A stretch of DNA of 63,165 nucleotides, counting the filler, from Octopus bimaculoides (taxonomy: Eukaryota): assembly GCF_001194135.2 (NCBI RefSeq). It is 5 parts of 5 records of this genome, joined end to end, with 100 filler letters (N's around TTAATTAATTAA, not from the genome) between each part and the next. Parts side by side here need not be neighbours in the genome. Positions count along the whole stretch, not along the records: positions 61,859 to 63,165 come from NC_068991.1; 4 more parts are not named here. The stretch is one strand, 5' to 3'. Every line of letters starts with the position of its first letter. The stretch's first letter is position 1. Positions 62,416-63,165 of this stretch are shown here, piece by piece. The position numbers and the translations under genes were made by a program. Below the pieces are notes generated by a model. The model was not told the DNA's origin. It saw only the letters and a list, made by a program, of their open reading frames with translations, and did not search any database.

Positions 62416-63165
62416 ACGGAGAACGTCACAGTAACGAAACGAAACATTGTTGACTGACTTTTATATGGTAGGTCCCTGTTGTCACATGTATCCTTCCATT
62501 TTTAAGAAGGCAGGTTGTGATTCGAGCACGATATGACAGCTATTTCTAGCAGTGGTAGCAAGTAGTTGCTGTAATTGTTGCTTCTGTTGTTGTTGGTGGT
62601 GGTTTTGTCGTTGTTGTTGTTGTTGTTGTTTAGTCCTAGTTCAGCTCTGATACGCGAAGGTGCCTGCTCTCAACGCGATCCAAGACACACTGCTTCTAAA
62701 TAAAAAAAACAAATAGGTGTGGTAGTCAAGGCAGGAACGTCTTTGATCAAAGAGTTTATTGGTCAGCATTGACCTAGGTGTAAACGCTAACACCTAGTCA
62801 CCAACAACTCCAACCTCAGCGCTACCACCACCATCGCCACCACCACAACCGCCGCACCACCTCCACTACCACCACCAAAACCACCAACACCACCATCCTT
62901 ACCACCACCGCAAGAACAACAACAACAGTAAACTCTTGCGCCAAATATTGTCAACAGCTAACAATATTGGCGCCATATAGAAACAATACAAATACACACA
63001 TCTGCACCCGTAGATGTCTATACACATACATACAAACACACACACAGAGATACACACAGATACACTCACACATTCAAATCAATTTAGCTGCCTGCCAACA
63101 TACACATACACACACACATATATGTATGTATGTATATATATTTCTATATATATATATATATATAT

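Overview
Eukaryotic, AT-rich, gap-ridden draft-assembly sequence dominated by microsatellites and interspersed repeats. The SINE repertoire and simple-repeat load suggest an octopus (cephalopod) genome; this is inference, not a database result. No host protein-coding gene is securely identifiable, and almost all listed ORFs are microsatellite, gap or antisense-repeat artefacts. Recognisable content: (1) several tRNA-headed SINE families in many copies; (2) LINE remnants (RTE-type RT and 3' ends, an R4/Dong-like restriction-like endonuclease); (3) two Penelope-like element (PLE) remnants, one with GIY-YIG motifs; (4) four mariner elements or derivatives, piggyBac-like and pogo-like MITEs, and a DINE-1/Helentron-like element. 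The most striking signal outside the ORF track is a set of about eight type I hammerhead ribozyme (HHR) motifs. Some are arranged as palindromic, outward-facing double hammerheads next to PLE remnants, and one sits at the 3' end of a tRNA-headed SINE-like element (57468-57732). A CpG-rich spliced-exon candidate and a perfect 21-bp hairpin lie near the right end. All structures were read by eye and need computational confirmation.
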